This document shows, in pieces, positions 48,043 to 57,317 of a stretch of DNA of 64,000 bases. The DNA comes from Candidatus Buchananbacteria bacterium (GTDB lineage Bacteria > Patescibacteriota > Patescibacteriia > Buchananbacterales > UBA6539), in assembly GCA_041664165.1 (NCBI GenBank), contig JBAYLH010000002.1:9665-73664 (forward strand), in the 5' to 3' direction. Each line of letters starts with the position of its first letter. Positions within the stretch are counted from its first letter, which is position 1. Below the pieces are notes generated by a model. That model was not told the origin of the DNA, did not search any database, and saw only the letters and a program-made list of their open reading frames with translations. Both the position numbers and the translations under genes were made by a program.

Positions 48043-49173
48043 TTATTGCAGCTCCGTCAGGCTGGTATAATCCAGACAAGCTTTTTTTTCGGTTTGATCG
48101 GTTAAATTGGCGCAGACATTTTTGTCGCGGGCGGTAACGGCGACATTATGAATGCATTTATCGCGAGTGCCGGTCTTTTCCGATTTTTCGCAGACGGCGG
48201 CATCGCGAGTAACGTTGGCAACGCTATAAAGGCAGGAGTAATTATTTTCCGCCTCTTTGAGATAGGCGCAAGGTTCGGCGCTTTTTTTGGCCGTCGCAAT
48301 TGAAGTAAAGCAATAAGTTTTTTGGCCTTGGTCGGCAATTGACTGGCAAAGTCCGGTGTCTTGCTTGGCCATCGCCACTGATTGATAGCAGCTGTCCTTT
48401 TGGCCCTGGTTTTCTATTTGGGTGCAGCTATTTTCGTCATTGTGCTTAGTTCCGACTAAATAATAGCATTGCTGCCTTTGGCTTGAGTCCTGGATTTTGC
48501 CGCAAAGCAAATTGCCGCCGATTTCCGAGGCCACGTTGGAAAGGCAGACATCTTTTATTTTTTGGTCAGTAATCTGATCGCAGAGCTTTTCATCTTTTCG
48601 GCTGGTGGCTAGCGAAGTATAACAATTTTGCTGCATTTCTATTTTGTCGATTTGCCCGCAAAGAGCCGGGTCGTTTTTTTTGATGATTATATTGTTATAG
48701 CAATCGGTTTGATAATAAGTTTCCGTAATCTGATCGCAAAGCTTGATGTCGCCTTTGGCCTGGGCAATTTGCGAAACGCATTGGCCGGCCGTGGTTTTAT
48801 TGCTAATGCCGACGCAAAGCGATGCGTCCTGTTTTTTGACGGCTAAGCCGCTGAAACAAAGGTCTTTGTATTGGTCTTGATTAATCCGGTCGCATAAAGC
48901 CTGATTATCGCTGGCCACGGCCACTTTTGAAAAGCAATTATTTTTGGTTGATTCGTCTTTAATTTCATCGCAGAGTTTTTCATTTTTTGCCGCTTCGGTG
49001 ACGCCGGCTAAGCAGCGTTCCCGGCGGCCGACTTCATCCATTTTCCGGCAGATTTTTGGATTCTTTTTGGCGATGGCGGTATTCATTTCCGAATCTAAAA
49101 AATCAAAAATTCCGCAGCCGGTTAAAATCACGGCGAGGCCGAATATCAGAGTGACCAATGAAATTTTTTTCAT
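48043..49173 (-). CDS. lipoprotein with ~12 Cys-containing ~28-aa repeats
   Basis: Lipobox ILTGC; repeated ..C..I.D......CY..VA.......C modules. Confidence 0.5.
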   Translation of the reverse strand: MKKISLVTLIFGLAVILTGCGIFDFLDSEMNTAIAKKNPKICRKMDEVGRRERCLAGVTEAAKNEKLCDEIKDESTKNNCFSKVAVASDNQALCDRINQDQYKDLCFSGLAVKKQDASLCVGISNKTTAGQCVSQIAQAKGDIKLCDQITETYYQTDCYNNIIIKKNDPALCGQIDKIEMQQNCYTSLATSRKDEKLCDQITDQKIKDVCLSNVASEIGGNLLCGKIQDSSQRQQCYYLVGTKHNDENSCTQIENQGQKDSCYQSVAMAKQDTGLCQSIADQGQKTYCFTSIATAKKSAEPCAYLKEAENNYSCLYSVANVTRDAAVCEKSEKTGTRDKCIHNVAVTARDKNVCANLTDQTEKKACLDYTSLTELQ

Positions 49174-49208
49174 AAACTTGCGAAAAATTATTAATTAAAA
49201 ATTTTAAA

Positions 49209-49643
49209 TTAAGTCGGGGTAATTGACTCAAGCCACTTTGTCGCTTTTTCTTTAGTTCCGGTTGGATTTTTTAACGGTTCGCTGAATAAAGTTTTGCCGA
49301 TAATTTGATTGCCCGCCAGGGCGTTTTCCAGGCTGGCCAAAGTTTTTGCCGGTAAGTCTTCGTGGCAGACAAATAAAGCCAGCTTTTTATTTTCCAATTT
49401 GGCTTGGTTTAAAAAGGTTCTGATCGCCGGGGCAAAATTAAATCCCCAAACCGGCGTGCCTAAAATTATTAAATCATAGTCGGCCAGGTCTTTGGTCAGA
49501 GGTAAAGGCTTCGGCCGACTTTTTGAGCCCTGTCCCCTTTCCGGCTTTAATTCTAAAATATCCGCTCCGGATTTTTGAGCGATTTGCTCGGCAATAAATC
49601 TCGTGTTGCCGGTTAAAGAATAATATATAACAAGGGTTTTCAT
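49209..49643 (-). CDS. flavodoxin-like fold protein (paralog of 46718-47197)
   Basis: MKTLVIYYSLTGNTRF; longer upstream starts are possible. Confidence 0.65.
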   Translation of the reverse strand: MKTLVIYYSLTGNTRFIAEQIAQKSGADILELKPERGQGSKSRPKPLPLTKDLADYDLIILGTPVWGFNFAPAIRTFLNQAKLENKKLALFVCHEDLPAKTLASLENALAGNQIIGKTLFSEPLKNPTGTKEKATKWLESITPT

Positions 49644-49656
49644 ATAGTTTTTCATC

Positions 49657-49819
49657 GTCATTTCGACCGAAGTGAGAAATCCCTTATACATCGATTGACC
49701 CTTTGTCATTCCGAACGAAGTGAATAATCCCTTATACTCGGATTAACCGTCTAACATTTTAAAAGGGATTTCTCACCCCGCCTCTCGGATACGCCTGAAG
49801 CGGGGTTCAAAATGACAAA
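49657..49819. mobile_element. MITE-like repeat copy 1 (TIR TTGTCATTTCGA-type)
   Basis: ~150 nt nearly identical to 50470-50618; internal 33-nt subrepeats GTCATTYCGAMCGAAGTGARAAATCCCTTATAC; ends ...GTTCAAAATGACAAA. Confidence 0.55.
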
Positions 49820-49820
49820 A

Positions 49821-50105
49821 TCAGTTTGGTTTAAACCTCTCAACGTAAACTAGCCGCCACCAAACTCGACCCAAAAGAAAGCCGCCGATAGCGCCAAATA
49901 GCCAAAGCCCGATTTGGATTATCGGTAAAAGCGCACAGCCATGATAAAAAGTAACGGCTATCCCTTGTTTTTCTGTCCAGCCCAAATAGTTGATTTCAAT
50001 TAAAGCGTGGATAATAAAGCTTAGCAGGATGCCTAAAATTGTAGCAGCAATAAGATAAACCGCATGTTTAAATTTGGTTGGATTTTTTGGTGATCCAAAA
50101 AACAT
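49821..50105 (-). CDS. small membrane protein
   Basis: 94 aa, 2-3 TM; between MITE copies. Confidence 0.4.
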   Translation of the reverse strand: MFFGSPKNPTKFKHAVYLIAATILGILLSFIIHALIEINYLGWTEKQGIAVTFYHGCALLPIIQIGLWLFGAIGGFLLGRVWWRLVYVERFKPN

Positions 50106-50119
50106 ATTATTGCTAAAAT

Positions 50120-50416
50120 TTAAAATAATTCTTCATAGAGGTCTTTCCAGTGAGGATTGATTGTTTTAATTAAGTTTTGTTTTTTCTCTCGCCGCCACTT
50201 CTTTATTTCCTTTTCCCTTTCGATGGCGTCATAGACATAATCATAATTTTCGTAATAAACCAATTTGTTGCAGGAGTATTTTTTGGTGAAACCTTTGATT
50301 TCCCCTTGTTTATGTTCATTAACTCGGCGCAACAAATCATTAGTCATGCCAATATACAAAGTGCCGCTTGGGCTAGCCATGATGTAAATATAAAAATTGT
50401 ATTCTCTTTTTGGCAT
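50120..50416 (-). CDS. GIY-YIG nuclease family protein
   Basis: YIYIMASPSGTLYIGMTNDLLRRVNEH GIY-YIG core. Confidence 0.85.
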   Translation of the reverse strand: MPKREYNFYIYIMASPSGTLYIGMTNDLLRRVNEHKQGEIKGFTKKYSCNKLVYYENYDYVYDAIEREKEIKKWRREKKQNLIKTINPHWKDLYEELF

Positions 50417-50434
50417 AGACTTTCTTTTTTTAGT

Positions 50435-50618
50435 TTGTCATTTCGACCGACCTGTCTATTAGAGGAAAGGAGGGAGAAATCCCTTATACATCGACTGACC
50501 TTTTGTCATTCCGAACAGAGTGAAAAATCCCTTATACTCGGATTAACCGTCTAACATTTTAAAAGGGATTTCTCACCCCGCCTCTCGGATACGCCTGAAG
50601 CGGGGTTCGAAATGACAA
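50435..50618. mobile_element. MITE-like repeat copy 2 with 12-bp terminal inverted repeats
   Basis: TTGTCATTTCGAcc ... ggTTCGAAATGACAA; a third partial GTCATTCCGACC...AATCCCTTATACTC copy lies at ~50646-50690. Confidence 0.55.
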
Positions 50619-50691
50619 AGATAGACCCCTCGTTATTTTTCGTCATTCCGACCGCCGGGAGGAATCCCTTATACTCTGATTGATGAAAGCA

Positions 50692-51177
50692 CTAATCAAT
50701 CTGGGCAAACAAGACCACGTAATTTTTGCCGTACGCTTTGGCGCATTTGGGGCAAGTGGTATAAGAAAAATACAATTTTTTTATTTCCTTATCTCGGCTT
50801 TTGACGTATTCTTTCATCTCCCCTGCCCATTTGCCGACATCTTTATAAGGCCCTTCAAAAACTTTAGTCAAAAATGTGCCGGAAAGTTTTGCCATCCGCG
50901 CCCCCGCGACATCTTTAGCCACGTCAATATAAATATCCGCGCCCCAAAGGGATTTCTCGTCGGTTAACAAAAGTTGATAAGGCGCTTTGGCGTTTGCTTT
51001 TTCAATCAGCTTCATATTTTTTACCACCTTCTGCCCAAAATTAAGCGGAATATGCAAAAAGCTGGTTACATGGTCTTTGACAAAAATTTTGTCTTGCCAC
51101 GTGATTTCTTTGTCCTGCCACGGTTCCGGGTTAAACGGCTCGCAGCAGCCGGTTGGTTTGATTGGTTGGTCGGGCAT
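50692..51177 (-). CDS. hypothetical protein with C-terminal CPKC
   Basis: 161 aa, no secure family assignment. Confidence 0.45.
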   Translation of the reverse strand: MPDQPIKPTGCCEPFNPEPWQDKEITWQDKIFVKDHVTSFLHIPLNFGQKVVKNMKLIEKANAKAPYQLLLTDEKSLWGADIYIDVAKDVAGARMAKLSGTFLTKVFEGPYKDVGKWAGEMKEYVKSRDKEIKKLYFSYTTCPKCAKAYGKNYVVLFAQID

Positions 51178-51330
51178 AATATTGTAATTAATTTTGTTTA
51201 GAGAGAGCGAATCTTATAAAGCGTGTTAGGTGATGTAATAATAATTTTTTTCATATTTTTTTAAAAATAAATTTTAAATTTTTTAGATTGCGAATCAGAT
51301 AGACCGTGTTGTAAGAAATTTTATAACCTG

Positions 51331-51933
51331 CTATTCTAGTAGTTTGTTTCTCAGAATCTCTTCTCTTTTTTCTAATTCATCATAAAAAGGCTTAACATTT
51401 TCTTCTGAGTGGCCAATTTTGTGTGCTATTTCACCGGTAATACCTTTTTTTTCAACTCTATTCCAAACCTCAACAAATTCTACGAGCTTGGCGTAGTGTT
51501 CTCTAGTCTCAGGTTCAGCAAGCCAATAATTATTTCGAAAAATTTTTAGCATTTGATTATAAAGTGGTAGGAATTCTTCTATTAATTGTTTATTATTGTA
51601 GTCAATCTCGTAATCAACAGATTTAATGTCTGGGAATTGACCTGCGTCGCATTTTTTTTCCCATATCTTAGTACCAACTCTTTCAATTTTTACTCTTACT
51701 TCACTTTTTGTACGGATTTCTTTTCGGATACCCAGAAGTGGTGAGTAGAATTTGTTGAGTTGTTCCTCAGTTACATTGTGTTTCTTTTGTGCTTTGTATA
51801 ATTTAATACCATAAGTTACGCCTAAGTAGCCAAATAATGCTGGTGCAATAATGGCAACTATATCTTTTATGAAGGATAAGGTAGTAAAATTTGGTATTTG
51901 AGACGGGTTATGCATAGGGTTATAAAATTTCAC
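51331..51933 (-). CDS. membrane-anchored hypothetical protein in AT-rich R-M island
   Basis: One N-terminal TM, charged helical cytoplasmic domain; AT-rich codon usage matching R-M genes. Confidence 0.45.
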   Translation of the reverse strand: MKFYNPMHNPSQIPNFTTLSFIKDIVAIIAPALFGYLGVTYGIKLYKAQKKHNVTEEQLNKFYSPLLGIRKEIRTKSEVRVKIERVGTKIWEKKCDAGQFPDIKSVDYEIDYNNKQLIEEFLPLYNQMLKIFRNNYWLAEPETREHYAKLVEFVEVWNRVEKKGITGEIAHKIGHSEENVKPFYDELEKREEILRNKLLE

Positions 51934-51989
51934 ACAACTTATTTTATCCGAACCAGCTAATTATCTATTCTAAATTCTCGCAATATTAT

Positions 51990-53240
51990 TTATGTCGCGA
52001 ACGCAAATAGCTGTTGTTGCAGGCGTGTAGACTCTTCAATTTCTTCCTTAGCTTCGCCATTTAGCATTTTAATTACCATATCACCAATATAATATCCAAG
52101 ATTTACAGGCACGGCATTTCCTATTTGCTTGTATTGTTGGGAAACGGATCCTGAAAATTTCCAATTATCTGGGAATGTCTGAATTCGTGCATATTCGCGT
52201 ACTGTTAAGGGGCGCGTTTCTTCCGGATGACAACGCTCAGTCTGTTTTTGGGCTGGGCTGCAAGTTAATGTTAAAGATGGTTCGTCCCATGATAATCGTC
52301 TTGCCATGCCAGTCTTGCCGCCACCCATAAAATAGCTAGCCCCCATGTACTCTTTTTGAAGATTTTCTGGGAGATCTCTCCAATATCCACCCGGAGGAAT
52401 TAAGTCCAATATTTCTTTCTTTTTTTCCGGGTATTGCTGCCCTTCTGATTTTGGGCATTTTAAAAGTGCTTCGCGTATGGGGATTATGTAGTCTTTTTCT
52501 TTGGGGAATGAAATAGGGATATCTAGGTCTTTTCTAACGCCGATAATTATTAAGCGTTCTCTTTTTTGCGGGATATCTAAATATTGGGATCGTAAAATTT
52601 TGTATTTGACCCTATATCCGAGTTCCTCTAATACGCTAATCATCGTTTTAATCGTTTTTCCGTTATTATGATTCAACAAGCCCTTAACATTTTCTCCGAT
52701 TGCAATTTTTGGCTTAACTTCCTTGACACATCTCGCAAATTCAAAAAATAAAGTTCCCCTTATATCTTCAAACCCCATTTTATTCCCAGCATAAGAAAAA
52801 GCTTGACAAGGAAAACCACCTTGTACTATATCTGCTTGTCCCTTAAAGAATTTAAGTTTCCCAACATCACCTTCAACCACGTTCCAGTCTGGTTTATTCG
52901 TTCGAAGCGTTTCGCAGGCATGCTTATCATATTCATTCAGTAGAATATGTTTAATTCCCGCATTTTCCATTCCAAGGGCAGTACCACCAGCGCCGGCAAA
53001 TAGCTCAATCGCCGTATACGGAGACATTTTATTATTTTTTAGAATTTTGAATTTGTTTTTTTTATCGCCGCTTGTTCTGCTTTGAATCCTTTCGATTTCA
53101 TCTAGGCAAAACATACGATCATTTCTTTCGTTTCGAAAAGCTTTTATCAATCCTTTTTTATCCCATCTCCTAATAGTATCTATAGAAGTGCCTAATTTTA
53201 TAGCCACTTCGCCAGCGGTAAAAAATTTGTCATTTTTCAT
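51990..53240 (-). CDS. dcm: DNA (cytosine-5)-methyltransferase with N-terminal MerR-like HTH
   Basis: Motif I ELFAGAGG, motif IV GFPCQAFS, ENV, motif X QIGNAVPV; N-terminal HTH (FTAGEVAIKLGTSIDTIRRWDKKG). Confidence 0.9.
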   Translation of the reverse strand: MKNDKFFTAGEVAIKLGTSIDTIRRWDKKGLIKAFRNERNDRMFCLDEIERIQSRTSGDKKNKFKILKNNKMSPYTAIELFAGAGGTALGMENAGIKHILLNEYDKHACETLRTNKPDWNVVEGDVGKLKFFKGQADIVQGGFPCQAFSYAGNKMGFEDIRGTLFFEFARCVKEVKPKIAIGENVKGLLNHNNGKTIKTMISVLEELGYRVKYKILRSQYLDIPQKRERLIIIGVRKDLDIPISFPKEKDYIIPIREALLKCPKSEGQQYPEKKKEILDLIPPGGYWRDLPENLQKEYMGASYFMGGGKTGMARRLSWDEPSLTLTCSPAQKQTERCHPEETRPLTVREYARIQTFPDNWKFSGSVSQQYKQIGNAVPVNLGYYIGDMVIKMLNGEAKEEIEESTRLQQQLFAFAT

Positions 53241-53301
53241 AAAAAATGATAGGTAATTAATCTATCATAATTATATCATATAACCATTGCCTAGGCAAAG
53301 G

Positions 53302-54009
53302 TTATTTTGTGGCAAAAGCCAATTTAAATAGCTCAAAATACTTTTGAGCTTCTTTTTTGCTTAATTTAAACTTATATTTATCTACCAGAATATGGGATAG
53401 TGCCTCGAATAGCTCTTGCAGGGCGTGCTTTCGACCAGTAGCTAGAGCATAAAAGCTGATGCCGTCAACCACCCGGATATTTTTAACATTCGGCCGTCGT
53501 TTTTTAGTTTTATTATCCGGTGGCGTAAAAGGTTTATCATACATATTCTTTCCCTGTGGTATGATTTCCACATAGTATCCGATAAAATCATTATATTTTT
53601 CGGTTTTAAGCTTAGATTTTATGGCATCATAGATTTCAACCTTATGATTGCCCTTTGTCGTATTAAATTTATTTTTTACTTCAGCAATAATTTTCATACT
53701 ATCGCTTGCAACATCCAACCCTCCGCCCGCGCCAAGGTTTTTCCAGCCAGGAATAGCCCCTAAAATTTCTTGATGAAAATCGCCGATAGCATTTTGCATT
53801 GTTTTTTGCGATTGCCTGGCTTTTTCTTGTTCAATCCATTCTTTGTAGGTTATAGCATGTGTTACGCCATGAAATAAGGCAGAAAAAGGGTCAATAACAT
53901 TTTTATGCAGATTATTGCCTGCTTCATGCTCCGCTGTTTCTATTATTTTAACCACCCTGCCAACGGCAAAAATTAGATTTTTATCGGATATAAATTTTAA
54001 GTAAGACAT
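53302..54009 (-). CDS. candidate Type II restriction endonuclease (PD-(D/E)xK)
   Basis: Adjacent to and co-oriented with m5C MTase; GLDVAS...IAEVKNK resembles PD-(D/E)xK core. Confidence 0.5.
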   Translation of the reverse strand: MSYLKFISDKNLIFAVGRVVKIIETAEHEAGNNLHKNVIDPFSALFHGVTHAITYKEWIEQEKARQSQKTMQNAIGDFHQEILGAIPGWKNLGAGGGLDVASDSMKIIAEVKNKFNTTKGNHKVEIYDAIKSKLKTEKYNDFIGYYVEIIPQGKNMYDKPFTPPDNKTKKRRPNVKNIRVVDGISFYALATGRKHALQELFEALSHILVDKYKFKLSKKEAQKYFELFKLAFATK

Positions 54010-54190
54010 AAATTGTCATTAAAATTAATTAAATTGTTTTCTGAGCGACAAGATGGTTGAGGTTACCTCTTAATTTTCTCTCTTTTTCGCTAATTTGTCA
54101 AAAAATATTTATTTTAATTAATAAAAAAAGGACTCACTGCAAAGCAGCAAGTCCCGAGATGTAAAAACGTAAAACCGCCGCGGATATCCG

Positions 54191-55417
54191 CTATGCCCCG
54201 CCTGCCTCCAATTTCTGGCGAAAGCTTTTGAATAACTGCGGCCCAATGTTCAGTTGAAGCGGAATGAACCCAACTTCGGTATGAATGGTGTGCATCGAGG
54301 CCACAATTCCGCCCGAATCGCTTTTGCCGCGAAGCACTGAGGTCATCTCGGTGGGTTCGACCGGAGATTTCCCGGCCGCTTGGGGCTTCATATCGGATTC
54401 TGCCGTATCCAGGTCTCGGACGATCAGGGAGATAAAACCGCGGCAATCGCGGCAGGCCTGGTTGCTTGGGTCAAGCTCCAGCCCTTTGTTCAGGTCGCTG
54501 ATGCTTTTGCCCCAGTTGCCAAGCGCGGCATTGAGCACACCGCTGGTCATCCATGAAGCGGCTGAACGGTCAGGTTTGGCTTCAACCTTTTGCAGTTCTT
54601 CTTTGAGGAGTTTGCGGTTGAATACATAACTCATCATCTCCACATCCTGGTAGCAGTGCGGCCACCAGTGCTGGTTTTCCGAGCGGCCAACGAGGGCTTC
54701 GATGCTTTTTTCGTCAAAGCCACCGGACCATTCCTTGGGCGCAGCCGTGGCACCGGATAAAGGCTCGCCTTTGACCCGATCGCCGGTCAAGCGATAAATC
54801 TCGCCAGTCTGCGCGTCCACCGCCGGCGTGTATTCCGGATTAGCCATGATCCAGCTGCCACCCGCCCAGACCGGACGGATCCCGCGACCCGTAACGTTGA
54901 TGGTCATCAGCCAACCGCCTTGGTTGCGAATCAAGCTTTCGCCGCCCTGATCCAAGACGATTTTGTGAGCCTCGAGGTTGTCCACGACGAACTCTTCGAG
55001 CTTAATCGGTCCGGGGTACATCTTGCTCATGTCGTCGGTTTTTTTGGTGAGTTTGATTTCGCCCCAGCAGTTGATTCGGGCTTCGTACGTGGCGCCGGAC
55101 GTATTCTGGAAGTAAAACACCCAGCCGCCCACGACCCAGCTCAACTCCTGAGTCTCTCGGTTTTGGTACACCGCGGATCGCTCGGGTATGGCGTTCCAGA
55201 GTTTGGCGATTGGGGCTTGATCCTGGCGCTTGAGTTGGATTTCCAGCCGGCCGAGCGCCTGCTTGGCAGTGTACTGTGTCAGTTCGCGGGTTTCTTCCTT
55301 TTCTTGGACGGTCGGCTTGGGGGTAGCCGCAGCAGGACTTGGTGTATTCGAAGTGCTTTGATTACACCCGGCTGCGGTCAGAAGTAGCACAATGGCAAGC
55401 GCAATAATCTTTTTCAT
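54191..55417 (-). CDS. lipoprotein, hypothetical, GC-rich foreign composition
   Basis: Lipobox LLTAAGC; 408 aa; CTG/GAG/CGG-rich codon usage. Confidence 0.55.
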   Translation of the reverse strand: MKKIIALAIVLLLTAAGCNQSTSNTPSPAAATPKPTVQEKEETRELTQYTAKQALGRLEIQLKRQDQAPIAKLWNAIPERSAVYQNRETQELSWVVGGWVFYFQNTSGATYEARINCWGEIKLTKKTDDMSKMYPGPIKLEEFVVDNLEAHKIVLDQGGESLIRNQGGWLMTINVTGRGIRPVWAGGSWIMANPEYTPAVDAQTGEIYRLTGDRVKGEPLSGATAAPKEWSGGFDEKSIEALVGRSENQHWWPHCYQDVEMMSYVFNRKLLKEELQKVEAKPDRSAASWMTSGVLNAALGNWGKSISDLNKGLELDPSNQACRDCRGFISLIVRDLDTAESDMKPQAAGKSPVEPTEMTSVLRGKSDSGGIVASMHTIHTEVGFIPLQLNIGPQLFKSFRQKLEAGGA

Positions 55418-55558
55418 CTTCGATCTCCTCGGGTTTTGAGCGGCTGCTTGAGCACGCTCAGACTAACTACTTGTGTTGTCCAAAAAACACGGTTTTTGTA
55501 TTTAGAAACTAGCATAATTACCTATTTATGTCAAAGCTACGCTACCTAATTTGTCAAA

Positions 55559-55583
55559 CCAAAAAAACCGGCTTGGAGCCGGC
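55559..55583 (-). terminator. rho-independent terminator (minus strand) after NUDIX gene
   Basis: On minus strand CCGGCTCCAAGCCGG hairpin then T7. Confidence 0.55.
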
Positions 55584-55606
55584 AGTAGTAACTCATTTTT
55601 GATTTC

Positions 55607-55996
55607 TCACGGATTATCTTGAAAAAACGGTTTGAAATATGGTTCAATCGGCAAAGCGAGGATTTCCGCCTTGGTTGCCCATCTTTGCTCCAAATGTTCT
55701 GGACTTAATTTCGGCTCGCCGGAAATAACTTCAGTTGAATAAATGATAAAGCGATGGCTGTTTTTTCCGAGCTTATCTAAATCAAATTCGTAAGCTCCTA
55801 AAACCTTTAGTGGTTTTACTTCTAAACCAGTTTCTTCTTTTATTTCCCTTACTATTCCTAAAAAAGGATCTTCGTTTGGCTCCAGTTTGCCGCCGGGCAA
55901 ATCCCAATGCAAAGGATAATAAGCGGCGCTTTGCGACCGCAAGCCAATCAGATATTTATTCCCTTTTTTGATTATGGCTTTTTGGATTAGCTTCAT
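55607..55996 (-). CDS. NUDIX hydrolase (MutT-like)
   Basis: GGKLEPNEDPFLGIVREIKEETG NUDIX box. Confidence 0.75.
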   Translation of the reverse strand: MKLIQKAIIKKGNKYLIGLRSQSAAYYPLHWDLPGGKLEPNEDPFLGIVREIKEETGLEVKPLKVLGAYEFDLDKLGKNSHRFIIYSTEVISGEPKLSPEHLEQRWATKAEILALPIEPYFKPFFQDNP

Positions 55997-56001
55997 AATG
56001 C

Positions 56002-56574
56002 TTAGGCTGATAAAATTTCGCTATCTTTTTTAAGGCTTTTTCTCAGCTCTAAATAGTCAGGTATTATTTGTTCGACCAGCCGCCAGAATTTTTTTGAATG
56101 GTTTAATTCTTTCAAATGGCAAAGTTCGTGGACAATAACGTAGTCCGCCAGTTTCTCGGGCAGCTTGGCGATTTTGTAGTTGAAATTTAAATTGCCTTTT
56201 TTCGAGCAGCTGCCCCAGCAGGTCTTTTGGTTTTTGATGGTAATTCTTCTGGTTTTGAAACCGTAAATTTCTTTGTAATGCGCAATCCGGCTTCGCGCCA
56301 GCATTAGGGCTTGGAATCGGTACTCGGCGTAATCTTTTTTAACGTTTTTGGGTTCAACATTACCGGTAAACTTTTTAAAGTGTTCCAGCTTTTCAATTAT
56401 CCATTGCGACTTTTGAAAAATGAACTGCTCAATAAAGTTTTCACTAAGATGGTGCGGCGCCGTAACGACAAAATTGCCATCGCCATAAATAGCCAGTCTC
56501 AAGTGTCGGGCTCGCTGGCTTACTTTTAAAGTGTATTCAATTTTTTTTTGCTGCAATTCGATTAGTTTTTTCAT
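56002..56574 (-). CDS. DUF45/YgjP-like (M48-related) metal-dependent hydrolase
   Basis: C-terminal VIVHELCHLKELNHSKKFW HExxH motif. Confidence 0.7.
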   Translation of the reverse strand: MKKLIELQQKKIEYTLKVSQRARHLRLAIYGDGNFVVTAPHHLSENFIEQFIFQKSQWIIEKLEHFKKFTGNVEPKNVKKDYAEYRFQALMLARSRIAHYKEIYGFKTRRITIKNQKTCWGSCSKKGNLNFNYKIAKLPEKLADYVIVHELCHLKELNHSKKFWRLVEQIIPDYLELRKSLKKDSEILSA

Positions 56575-56603
56575 GACTAAATCGTTTCAATCACGCCGCC
56601 GGC

Positions 56604-57212
56604 TTATTTCTTTTTTGTTTTAGCCTTTTTTGCCGGCTTAGCGATCGTTTTTTTCTTAGCCGTAACTTTAACCGGCTTAGCTTCTTTTGGTGCCGAGACG
56701 GCAGCGGCCGGGACTAAGACTTTGAGGATTTTATCTAATTTGGAGTTCAAAATTTCAAGCTGCTGCCTGACTGAATCGGCCGCTTTTTCCGCCGGCTTGC
56801 TGTCTTTGCCAAAGCACTGGCTGCAGTAAACCGGTTTATCGCCGGTTGGCCGGAAAGGCACTTCGCATTTTTGGCCGCATTTGTCGCAAACAGCGCTAAA
56901 CATCCGTTTTTTTTCAAAGCTCGGCTTTTGGAAATCCCGGCCTTGGGGTCGGCTTGAAGCGGAACTTGAACTGCTGTGTTTACCAAAACACTGGCTGCAA
57001 TAAACCGGCCGGTCGCCGGTGGGTCGAAATGGCACTTCGCATTTTTGGCCGCAGTCGCTGCAGACAGTTTGGTGCATTCCTGGCCGGGAGCCGGCATTAT
57101 CATTAAAATCCCGCTTTTTGCCCCATTTGTCTCCTCTTGATCCGCCATGATTGCTTCTATCAAAATTTTTCATAAGGTTTTTAGTTAATAATTTACTTCT
57201 TAAGTCTCTCAC
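56604..57212 (-). CDS. tandem CxxC zinc-ribbon protein with Lys-rich C-terminal tail
   Basis: Duplicated C..CGQKCEVPFRPTGD.PVYCSQCFGK module; tail KVTAKKKTIAKPAKKAKTKKK. Confidence 0.55.
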   Translation of the reverse strand: MRDLRSKLLTKNLMKNFDRSNHGGSRGDKWGKKRDFNDNAGSRPGMHQTVCSDCGQKCEVPFRPTGDRPVYCSQCFGKHSSSSSASSRPQGRDFQKPSFEKKRMFSAVCDKCGQKCEVPFRPTGDKPVYCSQCFGKDSKPAEKAADSVRQQLEILNSKLDKILKVLVPAAAVSAPKEAKPVKVTAKKKTIAKPAKKAKTKKK

Positions 57213-57317
57213 TTTTTGGCCTAAAAGTCAAAGCCAGAAACTTGCTTTGGCAAAACAAAATTTCCATCGGTAACAAAACAAACTCCCGGCTATACCAATT
57301 TTTTTATAATAATTATT

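Noticed and set aside
49780-49815. tRNA T-arm-like GGGGTTCAAAATG / GGTTCGAAAT inside MITE copies
   Set aside because: No complementary T-stem 3' half, no acceptor or anticodon arms; part of the MITE palindrome.
56747-57163. 138-aa antisense-frame ORF inside Zn-ribbon gene; 57290-57532 ORF overlapping the DUF2207 C-terminus
   Set aside because: Alternative frames of supported genes; the poly-Gly tail creates an open antisense frame.
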